Below, in pieces: positions 12,670-25,467 of a DNA stretch of 64,000 nt. The notes under the pieces are model-generated. The model was not told the DNA's origin. It did no database searches and worked only from the letters and a program-made list of their open reading frames with translations. The stretch's first letter is position 1, and each line of letters begins with the position of its first letter. Location of the stretch: positions 31,930,001-31,994,000 of the forward strand of contig OX597838.1 of NCBI GenBank assembly GCA_951406725.2. The letters are read 5' to 3'. The DNA comes from Octopus vulgaris (lineage: Eukaryota). Both the position numbers and the translations under genes were made by a program.

Positions 12670-12830
12670 CAGGAGTGGCTGTGTGGTAAGTAGCTTGCTA
12701 ACCAACCACATGGTTCCGGGTTCAGTCCCACTGCATGGCATCTTGGGCAAGTGTCATCTGCTATAGTCCCGGGCCGACCAAAGCCTTGTGAGTGGATTTT
12801 GTAGATGGAAACTGAAAGAAGCCTGTCGTA

Positions 12831-12869
<39 letters not shown>

Positions 12870-13125
12870 ATGTGTGTGTGTTTGTGTGTGTGTGTTTGTT
12901 TGTGTGTGTGTGTTTGTGTATGTGTGTTTGTCCCCCTAGCATTGCTTGACAACCGATGCTGGTGTGTTTACGTCCCCGTCACTTAGTGGTTCGGCAAAAG
13001 AGAGACCGATAGAATAAGTACTGGGCTTACAAAGAATAAGTCCCGGGGTCGATTTGATCGACTAAAGGCGGTGCTCCAGCATGGCCGCAGTCAAATGACT
13101 GAAACAAGTAAAAGAGTAAAAGAGT
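12670..13125 (+). mobile_element. tRNA-SINE family A (CORE-like, internal TA/TG microsatellite)
   Basis: A box TGGCTGTGTGG, B box GGTTCAGTCCC, CTTGGGCAAGTG core, tail GAAACAAGTAAAAGAG. Confidence 0.88.
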
Positions 13126-14603
13126 ATATATATACATAAATGTTATATAATGTTATATACAGACACATGCATGCACACAGTGAGGTGTTCTCTATTATAT
13201 ACGTTTTATACACACAGCCAAGTGTCTTTAAAGTGTGTGATGTGAAACCTGACAAACTGGAACAAATTGATCTTGAGTGATTGACTGCAATAAACAACAG
13301 TGGACGTCTCTGTTAAACATAGCAAAATTCAGGCAAAGTGAGCACACTGCAAAAACCATTGTTCTGTCATGTGAGAGAATTTATTTAAATTTGCTGTTTG
13401 TTTGTTGTGTGTGGGTGTATGTATGTATATATTTGTATACACACACATACATCACATCGAGTCAGTCTGACCCTGTTTCTCCTCTCCCGTTCACACGACC
13501 ACAAACCTCCCAAATGTGGCTTGTTTTATCACAATGTACCCAGAAATGATCATTACCACCACCACCGCTACAACCACCATTATCGTTAATATAACCCTTT
13601 GCACTCCCACCACTGCAACTACCAACACTACACCCACGACTGCAACCACCATCACCAGCACTGTTTCCACCACTACAACCTCCACACCACCACCACCACC
13701 ACTACTAACAACAACAACAACAACAACAGCTCTTCTAGTTCTACTGCAATCTAAATATTGTTGTTCCAAACATCACCACTTCACCACCATTGTGCAACTT
13801 TCTACTTGAAGTTACTTCTGTATAGTTGCTTGAGCTGCTAGAAATAACAGCCAATCTACCTCGAATCACACTCAGCTTTCTTAAAATGGTTGCTTACTTT
13901 GAACTATATAGTTAAAAATATTTGAAATGGTTGGATGGTCATGACTGGAACGTCTTTGATCCAAGGTCATTTAGATGTGCAGTGTGTCCTTCCTGTTTCT
14001 AAAATGGTAAGATGTGATGTGAGAGAAATTTTGCTGCTCTTTCCAGCAGGTGAAGAAACCTAATAGACACCCTCTTGATGAACTGACTGAGGGTAATGTT
14101 GTTGCTGTTTAACCGAAAGTCTGATTTCATTGGGCAGACACATCATTAGCCAAAGGCATTCCAGCCATGCCTGTCCTGTCTTTTTCAGAAATTTAGAACT
14201 ATATTAGATCACAATGCCAAGAGGGCAAGAAGTGATTTGAAGGAATTTGGTTGCTGTCTCTAGCAGATCAGGTGACTATGTAGAAACACACTCTGAATCA
14301 ACTGGGACAATTTAGAATAATATCATGTTCTGTCCCAGAAACACAATGAAGCCCCAGCAGTGGGATTGAACTCCTGAAACAAGGAACATGATGCCCAGTA
14401 CTTGATCCAGTTGTGTCATTTGGCCCTTTAGCGTGCTACAACCCCAGCCACTTGAAGCAGAATAAGGAACACACCACGTTTTTACAATGGATGGGCTGTT
14501 GTCTGACCTGATAGAAATAACAGCCAAATATTCATTAAATCACTCCTTACTCTCTCAAAAATGACGATACCGAAAGTGACATTAGATAATGTATTTTGTA
14601 GAT

Positions 14604-14950
14604 CAGTGGTTCTCAGTTGGGGTCCTTGTGACTCTTGGGAGGGTCCATATAAGCTTTTGTTGTTTAAATGCAATATATTGGTTATACTTCAATGCACAAA
14701 ATATTTTAAAAGTCCCCAAGTCCTAATATCTGTGCCGGTGGCACGTAAAATGCACCATCTGACCGTGGCCATTTCCCAGCCTCGTCTGGCACGTAAAAAG
14801 CACCCACTACACTCACGGAGTGGTTGGCCTTAGGAAGGGCATCCAGCCGTAGAAACACTGCCAGATCAGACTGGGCCTGGTGCAGCCTTCTGGCCTCCCA
14901 GACCCCAGTTGAACTGTCCAACCCATGCCAGCATGGAAAGCGGACGCTAA

Positions 14951-14982
<32 letters not shown>

Positions 14983-15094
14983 ATAATAAAAATAATAGGA
15001 TTTTTAAAACCTCAAATGGATAGGGGAGCAGGGTCCACACCTGTAAATTAGTAATCAAAAGGATTCATAGAAAAAAAATTGTTGAGATCCACTG
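14604..15094. mobile_element. Old hAT (Charlie-like) MITE interrupted by an RTE 3' UTR insertion
   Basis: CAGTGGTTCTCA ... TGAGATCCACTG TIRs, degenerate 8-bp TSD TTGTAGAT/ATTTAGAT. Confidence 0.65.
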
Positions 15095-16315
15095 ATTTAG
15101 ATAATGTGTGTAATAATGTCTGATAACTGAAAAGATGGAAAACAGGATGGTCATTGCTGGAGTGACTTTTGATCATGTTTCTACTAAATCAGGCGACGGT
15201 ACCCAGGATTAAACAGCAACAATTATTTAGTATTTAATGGAAGCAAAATTAGTTCTTTTGTACAACTGACCTAAATTTTATCCTTCTGCAGCTACAAAAG
15301 CAATTTCAAGTTTTTCTTTGAAAAAATACTTCATTAATACAAAAGATTTCTCTCACCCACACACACTCTCTCTTTCTTGACATATTGAAATCGCTTTCTC
15401 TTTTTCACACACACACACACACACACACATGCATGTATATATATATATATCATCATCATCGTTTAACATCCGTTTTCCATGCTGGCATGGGTTGGACGGT
15501 TCAACTGAGGTCTGGGAAGCCAGGAGGCTGCACCAGGCCCCAATCTGATATGGCAGCGTTTCTACAACTGGATGCCCTTCCTAATGCCAACCACTCCGAG
15601 AGTGTAGTGGATGCTTTTTATATGCCATTGGCATGGTGGCCAGAGGAGCTGGCATCGGCCACGATTGGATGGTGCTTTTTATGTGCCACCAGCACAGAAG
15701 CCAGTCAAGGCAGCATACACAAGTTTTTATCATTCTCTCATTATTTATTTTCTCATTCCTTTCTGTTGAAGAGCGTAGTCTTGAAAAATAAATGACTTGT
15801 TCTTTTTCCCAAGCATCAAACTAATATACTTGCTAATACACCTGTCTTCATCTTTAGATTTTCTGTCAATTTCAACTATGTACCTGGCACCTGTGCAGGT
15901 GGCACGTAAAAAGCACCCACTACACTCACGGAGTGGTTGGCGTTAGGAAGGGCATCCAGCTGTAGAAACACTGCCAAATGTGACTGGGCCTGGTGAAGCC
16001 TTCCGGCTTCACAGACCCCAGTTAAACCGTCCAACCCATGCTAGCATGGAAAACGGACGCTAAATGATGATGATGATATATATATATATTTATATATACT
16101 GGAGTAAACACATAAATGTGAAACAAGGTGGAAAAAGAAAAGATCCAAAGAAGGGAAGACGAAGGAAAAAAAATCGCCAACAGTACACATGCGGTCACAA
16201 GTGCCAACATATTTGTTTGGTTAAGAAGTTCATTTCAAAGCCACAAGATTTTGGGATTCGATCCTTCCCTTTCTCCCTCCATCATTCTGTGTGTGTGTGT
16301 GTGTGTGTGTATTTG

Positions 16316-16635
16316 AGAAGGTGCATAGCTTAGTGGTTAGGGTATTTGGCTAAAGACTGTAAGGTCATGAGTTCAATTCCCAGCGGCGCATTGTGTCCTT
16401 GAGCAAGACACTTTATTTCATGTTGCTCCAGTCCACTCAGCTGACAAAAAAGAATAGTACCTGTAATTCAAGGGGGGCCAGCCTTGTCACATTCTGTGTC
16501 ACACTGAAATCTCCCTCAGAACTATATCAACTGTACATGTGTCTGTGGAGTGCTCAGCCACTTGCACGTTAATCTCACAAGCAGGCTGTTCCATTGATTG
16601 GATCAACTGCAACATGTGTTGTCATCACCAACAGG
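16316..16635 (+). mobile_element. tRNA-SINE family C; antisense copy at about 24440-24730, related head at about 20150-20290 (-)
   Basis: A box TAGCTTAGTGG, B box GAGTTCAATTCC, GTGTCCTTGAGCAAGACACTT central motif. Confidence 0.75.
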
Positions 16636-16796
16636 CAGAGTACCAGCTACATGTACAAATGGATATCACTTTGTGTGTTTTGTTTTGCTGCATGTTGTTT
16701 GTATTGTTGTTGTTTGATTTTGAGATAATAATCCTTAATCTGATATGTCTTTCCTCCTGAAACTAACTTCTTATCTTTTTTGCTTCTCTGTTCCAG

Positions 16797-16849
16797 CTGT
16801 TACAAAGAAAGCCAGGTCCAGTCTAAATCACAGCTACAGACCACCAGAG
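16797..16849 (+). CDS. BLTP2: BLTP2 exon 5 in window
   Basis: Polypyrimidine tract plus ttccag; (S)CYKESQVQSKSQLQTTR; G|gtaaac donor; phase 2 to 1. Confidence 0.85.
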
Positions 16850-17916
16850 GTAAACCTGTTCGGCTCCTGTTTGTCACTTTTAAAACTGGTGCAATTTGGC
16901 TCCTGATGATAACGAGGATGCCAGGCATGGAGATGAAGAAGGAATACTTTCCACAAATAAAAAAAATATGTACTTCTAGAAGTGACCCTTATATGTAATC
17001 ATCATCATCCACATCATCATCATTTTAACGTATACTTCTCCATGTTTGTATGTGTCAGATGGAGTTTGTTGAGGCAGATTTCCTCTGGCTGGATGCCCTT
17101 CCTGTCACCAACTTTCACCTGTTTCCAAGCAAGGTAATATTTTGCCTTGGCTGGTCAAGATTGGAAATGAAGAACCCCACTTGTATGCTGGTGATGCTCA
17201 TTTACAACTATCAACTGGCTCCTGTGCAGATGGCACGTAAAAAGCACCATTTGGACGTGGACATTGCCAGTACCACCAAACTGGCCCTCGTGCCAGTGGC
17301 ACGTAAAAGCACCCACTACACTCTTGGAGTGGTTGGTGTTAGGAAGGGCATCCAGCTGTAGAAACTCTGCCAGATCAGATTGGAGTCTGGTTCGCCAGAC
17401 CTCAGTCAAATCATCCAACCCATGCTAGCATAGAAAGCAGACGTTAAATGATGATGATGACGATGTGGTCTCTAGACAAAAACACACACACATACACACA
17501 CATGTGCATATACATGCATGAGGAGCACCTTTCAGTTTCCATCTATCAGATCCAGGGCTTTAGTGGAAGACACTTGCCCAAGGTACCACAATGGCTGCAC
17601 TCTATGTTGTATCATAATTTAGACGGTGTCATCAGTGGGATTGAATAATTACCTGAATGGATCAGATAAGAAGCCTGAATGAGCTTAATCTCGAAGGCAA
17701 TGCAGCCAAGAACTGGAAACAGTGGATACAAAGGTCTGAGCTTTGACTTATGGCTATCTTGGAATCGCAACTAAATCACAGACTGTGAAGCGTGCTACCC
17801 TACCACACGTGGCGAGAGAAGCTGCAGTTCAAATGTAGTGGAGTGTGGAAGCAGATAGCAAGAATGATGACTGAGGTGAAAGTCTCAGGAATATTATTAT
17901 AGGAATATTATATATA

Positions 17917-18323
17917 GGTGCAGGAGTGGCTGTGTGGTAAGTAGCTTGCTAACCAACCACATGGTTTCGGGTTCAGTCCCACTGCGTGGCATCTTGAGCA
18001 AGTGTCTTCTGCTATAACCCCGGGCCGACCAATGCCTTGTGAGTGGATTTGGTAGACGGAAACTGAAAGAAGCCTGTCGTATATATGTATATATATGTGT
18101 ATGTGTGTGTGTTTGTGTGTCTGTGTTTGTCCCCCTAGCATTGCTTGACAACCGATGCTAGTGTGTTTACGTCCCTGTCACTTAGCGGTTCGGCAAAAGA
18201 GACCGATAGAATAAGTACTGGGCTTACAAAGAATAAGTCCCGGGGTCGATTTGCTCGACTAAAGGTGGTGCTCCAGCATGGCCACAGTCAAATGACTGAA
18301 ACAAGTAAAAGAGAGTAAAGAGT
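17917..18323 (+). mobile_element. tRNA-SINE family A, full length
   Basis: Same structure as the 12670 copy. Confidence 0.88.
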
Positions 18324-18647
18324 AATAGTAGAACTGAACCCAAAGCCACAATGTCAGGAAACAAACCCCTTAACCAAACAATTTTACTTGGCGTTTTTTG
18401 TTATGTAATCCTTCAACATTTTTGACAAACTTTTTCAGTTTGATTTGTTGTTTTTTGATCATTGTTGTTATTTAATATTTTCCATGCAACAGTCTTGCAT
18501 GTTAGACCACTCCAGTATCCTCTTCCTGTTACTCATCCTTGGATTTCTCTTCATTATAGTTGTTGTTGTTGTTGTTACAAGTAATAGGTTGACAGAATCA
18601 GTGGAGTGTTGGACAACATGCCTTGTCAGATGGGATCTGTGTTCAAA

Positions 18648-18947
18648 TCCTTTATATATAAAAGTGAAGTTGTGTGTCTGTCTCCTACGATTTAGATTCC
18701 AAACTACTCCCACATTTTGCGGTGCAGTGTAACCAAAAGCGGGTATCTTATAGTCGTGATTCATATCGAGCCCTTCTGGGTATTAGCGCGCGTCTACGAT
18801 GAGTCTATGATTTAAAAAAAATTTACCATCATTTTCTCCCATTTTTAATGCAATTTTTTTGCTATTATATAAGGGAAGTAACTCTCTAAAAATGCTTATA
18901 TAGTTTTTTCCCTTACAAACCCGAGTAACGCCAGGCAATACTGCTAG
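18648..18947 (+). mobile_element. Non-autonomous Helitron
   Basis: A|TC start, hairpin, CTAG|T end; close to the 25468 copy. Confidence 0.82.
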
Positions 18948-19614
18948 TCCTTTATACATACCTTTCTGTTTTGAGTTCAAATTTCACTGGAGATAATTTT
19001 GGCTTTTCTTCCTTCTCTTCTCGTCATTCTTGGACAACCTGGAATAATTGGTCGAAGGCATTGCCCTTCCCTCTCTCATTAAGTCATAAAATATGAAAAG
19101 GGTGAAAGAGTGGTGGGTTGAGAGAGAGAGAAAGAGGCCGTCAAACAGACAAATGTAGACAGGGTTATGTGAATATGTTTGCCCCGTTTACCATCGTAGT
19201 TTGAAATTTCCCACATATCAGTCAGTCAATGAGAGACCTGGAAATGTCTTTCTCATAAACAGAAAGATTTCAGTTCTACTTCAGCCTCATTCAAGTTAGC
19301 TGTCACCACCTCTATCTCTATCTTCTTCCCTTCATTCTATCTCAGCAGTGTTCTTTATCTCTTTATCTCTTTATTCTATCATACTTTAAATTCATGACCT
19401 AAAATGACTTAGCTGGAAGTGGTAATGTATGCAGCCTGGTGTTCCAGTCTTATTGTTTCAGTTCTTCTCCACTGATCTCTCTGCTACAGAGACCTCTTTT
19501 GTTAACAGGTGACCACATATTTTGCATTACTGAAGTCGGGTTTACCTCAAAAGCTCTGAATTGAAAAGTTCAGCCAAGTTTGACCCTTCACTAAATATGG
19601 TGTCGGTAAGATAA

Positions 19615-19638
19615 AGTAGTAGTAGTAGTAGTAGTAGT

Positions 19639-19670
<32 letters not shown>

Positions 19671-19671
19671 C

Positions 19672-19703
<32 letters not shown>
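19615..19703 (+). repeat. Compound (TAG)n(CAG)n microsatellite
   Basis: Read directly; intronic. Confidence 0.95.
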
Positions 19704-19749
19704 TGCCACCCACAGTGCTGTTGAGCTATGGAAGATCATGTACTTAGAA

Positions 19750-19968
19750 CAGTGGTTTTCAACCAGGGTTCCGCGGAACCTTAGTTTTCCGCCAGTACAG
19801 TCCAGGGGTTCCGCAAGAAGTTACAAAACTGCTAAAATCGGCAGTAATTTTTAATTCTCCTGTGCAGATATGTGTGCATAAGACTATTAAATTATTGCAC
19901 AGGGGTTCCTCGAGCCAGTGGAATGTTTCCTTGGGGTTCCGCTCCAGGAAAAAGTTTGAAAAGCACTG
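19750..19968. mobile_element. hAT (Charlie-like) MITE
   Basis: CAGTGGTTTTCAA/TTGAAAAGCACTG TIRs, TSD ACTTAGAA/GCTTAGAA, subterminal GGTTCCGC repeats. Confidence 0.85.
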
Positions 19969-20711
19969 GCTTAGAATCTCTGTGCTATATCTCTGGTTAT
20001 AAAAGATCCCTTTCGGTCACAAATGACCATGGGATGGCACCCAGAGAGTTTGTGGAAGACAAGCGGTCGCCCATGCATGCCAGTCTCCCCTCCCCTTTCC
20101 ACAAATGTCATCCAAGGGAAAGGGGCCGATACAGCTTGGCACCAGTGACATCGCAACTCATTTCTACAGCTGAGTGGACTGGAGCAATGTGAAATAAAGT
20201 GTCTTGCTCAAGAACACAACACAAGCCTGGTCTGGGAATCAAACTCACAACCACATGATAGTAAACCCAATGCTCTAACCACTGAGCCCTGGTTATAACA
20301 TCAGTTATTTCTATTCAGACACTCCATTAAATGCCTTTATGTCTGCTTTGGGAAGGGTTTTTATTCATTTATTAAATTACAAAGAAGACATTGCTAGGGT
20401 GAGATGTTAACCCTCGCAGCTCTGAGCCACACCTGAAGGAAGTGAATAACTGTGAAGTTTGTGGGTTTCTAAGGTGCAGCAGGCATGGTTGCAAGGTTTA
20501 AGAAGTTTACTTCAAAGCAACAGGGTTTTGGGTTCAGTTTCACTTCATAGCACCTTGGGTAAATGTCTTCTACTCTGGCCTTGGGCTGATCAAAAAATTG
20601 TGAGTGGATTTGGTAGACAGAAACTGAAAGAAGCCCATTGTGTGTGTGTGTGTATCCATGAACATACATATATTCATATACATATATATATACATATGTA
20701 TTACGTGTATG

Positions 20712-20765
<54 letters not shown>

Positions 20766-21517
20766 CATATATACACACAGATGTGTGCTGGAGTGTCTCC
20801 TTGTCATACACTAATTGTAAACAAGTGTCCCTGTCATATAAGTGGTGTGGTGGTGGTGATGTGGTGGGGGCGTTTGTGTACCATTGAGAAAATAGGACTC
20901 TGATAGTTCAGTATGTTCCTACATTTGAGGAGTGGGGGAACAGTTTTTTCACCTGGAATTTCAGTTGAAAGAAAAAAATGTACCCACTGACTTAAGAAAA
21001 TGTACCCACTGCAATATCAAATTCCTTTCCCCACCATAGGAAGTAATTCACTCAAGACCACCACTCAAGACCAATTGATATCAAGACCACCACCAGGTTC
21101 CTTGGATTCCTCAGTTTTACCTCTACTCTGCTACGGCTGACTGTGGTATTTACCTGTACTCCACTCTGGTTGACTGTGGTATTTACCTGTACTCCACTCT
21201 GGTTGACTGTGGCATTTACCTGTACTATATATTGCTAGTTTAAAAAAAAAAATTGAAGTATAAAGGCAGTGCTCCAGCCTGGCCCTAGCATCTCAAAGCA
21301 ACTAAATGATTATTATACAGTCTTTAATTGTTTGATGGAATCCCCAGTTTGAGTTGTTTGCTATTCCTGCCATGATCCCCAATATCTGGTCTATTCTTTC
21401 TTTTGTGGAAGTGATTTTTGAAGACCTCTTATAAGCTTCTTGCGATTACATGCATCTATTTAAATATATAAGTATGTATAGAAGCATATATATATACATA
21501 CACACACATACATATAT

Positions 21518-21712
21518 AACGGGAAGGTTTACGAAAATAAACAAAAGACGAAGGCAGGTGGAGTACAAACAAACAAATGTATTAGTGTGGTGCTCAGGAA
21601 TAGAAATAGAAAAAGTCTTTTACGTTTCAAGCCTACGCTCCTCGACAGAAAGATACACAGAAAAAAACAAGGAGAGAAAAAAATGCGTGTAGGAGCTAAC
21701 GATCTATCATGG
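21518..21712 (-). mobile_element. Penelope-like relic with hammerhead-like motif (21616-21653)
   Basis: Minus: TCTTT-CTGTCGA-G-GAGC GTAG GCTT-GAAA-CG-TA-AAAGA; related degenerate + copy at about 15720-15880. Confidence 0.55.
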
Positions 21713-22079
21713 CATCCACACACATATGACACAACACACATGCATACATGTGTGTGTGTGTGTGGGGGGCACAGTTTCCTTTCAGTTCCCATCTAACAAA
21801 TCCACTCACAAGGGTTCGATTGAATTGGGGCTCTGGTAGGAGGCACATACCCAAGATTCTATGCAGTTGAACTGAACCAGACACCACGTGACCGAGAAGG
21901 GAACTTCTCAATTCCGTAGTCGTGGTGATGCCTATAAAGTCTATAAAATGGTTGGTGACAGGAAGGTCATCCAGCTGTAGAAGGCCATGCCAAAAATGGA
22001 ACGTTCCAGTGAGACATTGTTCTGTGATCCATCTGGAATGGGGGAAGTAATGTAATTCTGAACAAAAACTGACTTGGAT

Positions 22080-22485
22080 CATTACAACAAGACACTTAAC
22101 CTTTATTCTCTAGAAAAGCGACGACACCGTGGTGATCTCATTCTTGCTCACAACATCATAAGCGGAAAGTGTAACCTCTCGAAAGAGCTGTTCTTCACTC
22201 CTGCTCCGGAGCATCGGCTGTGGGGTCATTCCGAAAAGCTCTATCTGCGACGATTTCATCTCAATCAAAGGAGAGGGGCTTTCTCCGTCCAGGTTGCAGA
22301 TCCGTGGAATAAGATGCCGGACGAGATAGTGAAGATGCCAACGACCGCTCAGTTCAAAGTCTCCCTTGACCACAAGTGGCCTGAACTCTTTACATGAACA
22401 CCACCCTGTACATAACTCCATGTCCCCCTACATGGCCTTGCTTTTTGCTTTTTGAGCCAAAAAATTAACCAACTAACCCATTCTC
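22080..22485 (+). mobile_element. CR1-clade LINE 3' fragment
   Basis: LNLYSLEKRRHRGDLI..GHSEKL..RRGAFSVQVADPWNKMP..FKVSLD, typical CR1 ORF2 C-terminus. Confidence 0.8.
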
Positions 22486-22555
22486 GCTCAGAAAGTGGAA
22501 ATAAATGATGATGATGATGATGATGATGATAGCTATCAGTCTGTGTGTGGCTTGA

Positions 22556-22780
<225 letters not shown>

Positions 22781-22824
22781 TAAGTAACAGGGTTTTCTCT
22801 ATTGTCGTTGGTGTTCTGTTTTAA

Positions 22825-23292
22825 CCCTTTCGTTACTAATCCGGCTGAAACCGGCTCTGTAGTACAAATGTCTTGTTTTCATAAGTTTTGAATTAGAATC
22901 TTCCACTAAACCTTAGTCACAATTTATGTTCCTAACACTAGCTTAATGATAACTAAGTTATATTACTAAATTCTTGGTTATATTTAAAGTAATTGAAAGA
23001 AACACTGAGCATCTCAACAGAAATATGGTAACAAAAGGGTTAAAATATATAATAGAGAAACAATTCTTAACCCTTTCAATACCAACCCAGCTGAAACTGC
23101 CTCTGGCTCTGTAGTACAAATGTCTTGTTTTCATAAGTTTTGAATTAAAATCTTCCACCAAACCTTAGTCACAATTTATGTTCCTAACACTAGCTTAATG
23201 ATAACTAAATAATTTTACTAAATTCTTTGTTATATTTAAAATTAATTGAAAGAAACACAGAGCATCCCAAAATAAGTACAGTAACGAAAGGG
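22825..23292. mobile_element. Two tandem piggyBac-like MITEs (22825-23039 and 23071-23292)
   Basis: Each is TTAA|CCCTTT...AAAGGG|TTAA with the same interior. Confidence 0.8.
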
Positions 23293-23818
23293 TTAAACAG
23301 CATTTTATTTCTGTCAATATCTCAGCTGATGTACAACAGCTCCAGCACAAATGTCCTGTCGACCTCAGCAAATGTATACATAGTACAGTTAAGATAAATA
23401 AACAGTATTTCACAATGTCTTGTAAAGCATAAAGATTTAGGTGTTTGTTTGGGAGGAAAATGAATGTGTTGATGTGAATGTATGTGTGAGAACACACCCT
23501 TCATAAACTCACATATGTTAACGTGTGTAACTGAGTGAGAATGTTCTCCTCATAATGAGTGTATATATTGTGACTCTCTCTCTTTTACATGTGTGTATTA
23601 TAAAAGACAGTTTCTCTGGTTGCAGCAACTTGGTTGAAGTCAACTGCTGTGCTTCTCTTTTGTTTCTGCTATACCTTTTTTTCAAACACTGTCCAACATG
23701 AATTGATATCAAATTTTCTTTTTTTTTTCTCCAAAGACTTCTTTGTTAGGAACAGGTTTTGCTTTGTTTACATGGTTGTCTTGGTTACATTGAAGGTGCT
23801 GTCAGAATGTCTCTGCTA

Positions 23819-24049
23819 AAGGCGGCGAGCTGGCAGAAACATTAGCACGCCGGGCGAAATGCGTAGCCGTATTTCGTCCGTCGTTACGTTCTGAGTTCAA
23901 ATTCCGCCGAGGTCGACTTTGCCTTTCATCCTTTCGGGGTCGATAAATAAAGCACCAGTTTCGCACTGGGGTCGATGTAATCGACTTAATCCCTTTGTCT
24001 GTCTTTGTTTGCCCCCTCTATGTTTAGCCCTTGTGGGTAGTAAAGAAAT
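23819..24049 (+). mobile_element. tRNA-SINE family B
   Basis: GGCGGCGAGCTGGCAGAA head, GAGTTCAAATTCC B box, GCCTTTCATCCTTTCGGGGTCGAT central domain, GTAGTAAAGAAAT tail. Confidence 0.88.
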
Positions 24050-25014
24050 GGGAATGTCTCTGCTAACTTTGTGGTACCACAACTCCCCAGAAACAATGTG
24101 TTTGTGAAGTTGAGTTATTTGATTGTTTAAGGCCCTGAATAGGGTCAATACTTTCCTTGAATGAGAGGTTTTATTATCAGTCCGCTTGTGCCACCAGAGG
24201 GAGTTTGCCAGTCTCTAAAATGCTATATGTCTGCCCCCAGTAAAACTGAGCATTATTTAACATCATCTGTGTAGTGTTCACTTTGAAGCTCTTTAACCCC
24301 AGTGGCCCACTCTCACATATGTGGTACCATGTTGTGAGGGGGAATAGGAACTGTTCTGTTACATTGGACCTTTCATTAAAGAACTCCTTGCCAAAATATA
24401 AATCCTAATCTCTATTTTATGAAACTGGCAAGTGTCCCAGTTGATCCAGTCAACAGAACAGCCTGCTCATGAAATTAACCTGCAAGTGGTTGAGTACTCC
24501 ACAGACATGCATACCTTTAGCATAGTTTTCTAGGAGATTCAGCATGACTCAATGTGACAAGGCCGGCCCTTTTGGAGTACAGGTACAACCCATTTTTGCC
24601 AGCTGAGGTGGACTGGAACAACATGAAATAAAGGGCCTTGCTCAAGGACACAACACACCATTGCACATCAAACTCCTGACCTTACGATTGCAAGCTGAAT
24701 ACCCCAAACCACTAAGCCATCACATGCCTTCTCAGTCTCTGTTTTATATCACAACAGCAACAACACATCATCCACCAGTTCATCCTGACCATTGTATCAT
24801 CCAGTGGCATGTAGTGGTCATGTACGTAGGGTATGCTGCCACACCCAATGCCACCAAATTTCAAGTAGGGTTATAACAAAAGTTTTCCATTAAGATTTCT
24901 GATTAAATTAATGAGTTAGGTGTTAATATTTATAATGAATTTGCCATTTTCGATGGTGTGCAGTGCACACCTTGCACCCCCAGAATATATGCCCCTGGTA
25001 TTATCACTAAACCT

Positions 25015-25247
25015 ATTTCTTTACTACCCACAAGGGGCTAAACACAGGGAGGACAAACAAGGACAGACAAACGGATTAAGTCGATTACCTCGACCCCAGT
25101 GCATAACTGGTACTTAATCTATCGACCCCGAAAGGATGAAAGGCAAAGTCAACCTCGGCGGAATTTGAGCTCGGAACGTAGCGGTAGACGAAATACTGCG
25201 AAGCATTTTGCCCGGTGTGCTAACGTTTCTGCCAGCTCACCGCCTTC
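25015..25247 (-). mobile_element. tRNA-SINE family B
   Basis: Full reverse complement of the family B consensus. Confidence 0.88.
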
Positions 25248-25326
25248 ACTAAACCTACCAACCCTAGTGACAACCCCTCATCATTGGCTTGGCTTTCACT
25301 GTTTTCTTTTCTTTCTCACTTTTCAG

Positions 25327-25423
25327 ATATACTAAAGTAAACCGAGATAATGACACATGGTCCCACCAGTTGGAATTGGGATGGGTACGCATGACCAACC
25401 TGATACCAAACCCTATTTATAAG
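25327..25423 (+). CDS. BLTP2: BLTP2 exon 7 in window
   Basis: tttcag acceptor, AAG|gtcagt donor; YTKVNRDNDTWSHQLELGWVRMTNLIPNPIYK. Confidence 0.93.
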
Positions 25424-25467
25424 GTCAGTTTATAAGGTTCAGTTTGTTGTGATTGTGGATTAGCAAA

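Noticed and set aside
13516-13809. Thr-rich mucin-like ORF (also 47900-48166 and 28066-28560)
   Set aside because: Degenerate (ACC/ACA)n simple sequence.
16316-16395. tRNA gene
   Set aside because: A and B boxes continue into a multi-copy SINE body with no clean cloverleaf; the same applies to SINE A and B heads.
19542-19739. Poly-Leu or poly-Gln coding tract
   Set aside because: Intronic (TAG)n(CAG)n microsatellite; BLTP2 exons 5 and 6 join in phase without it.
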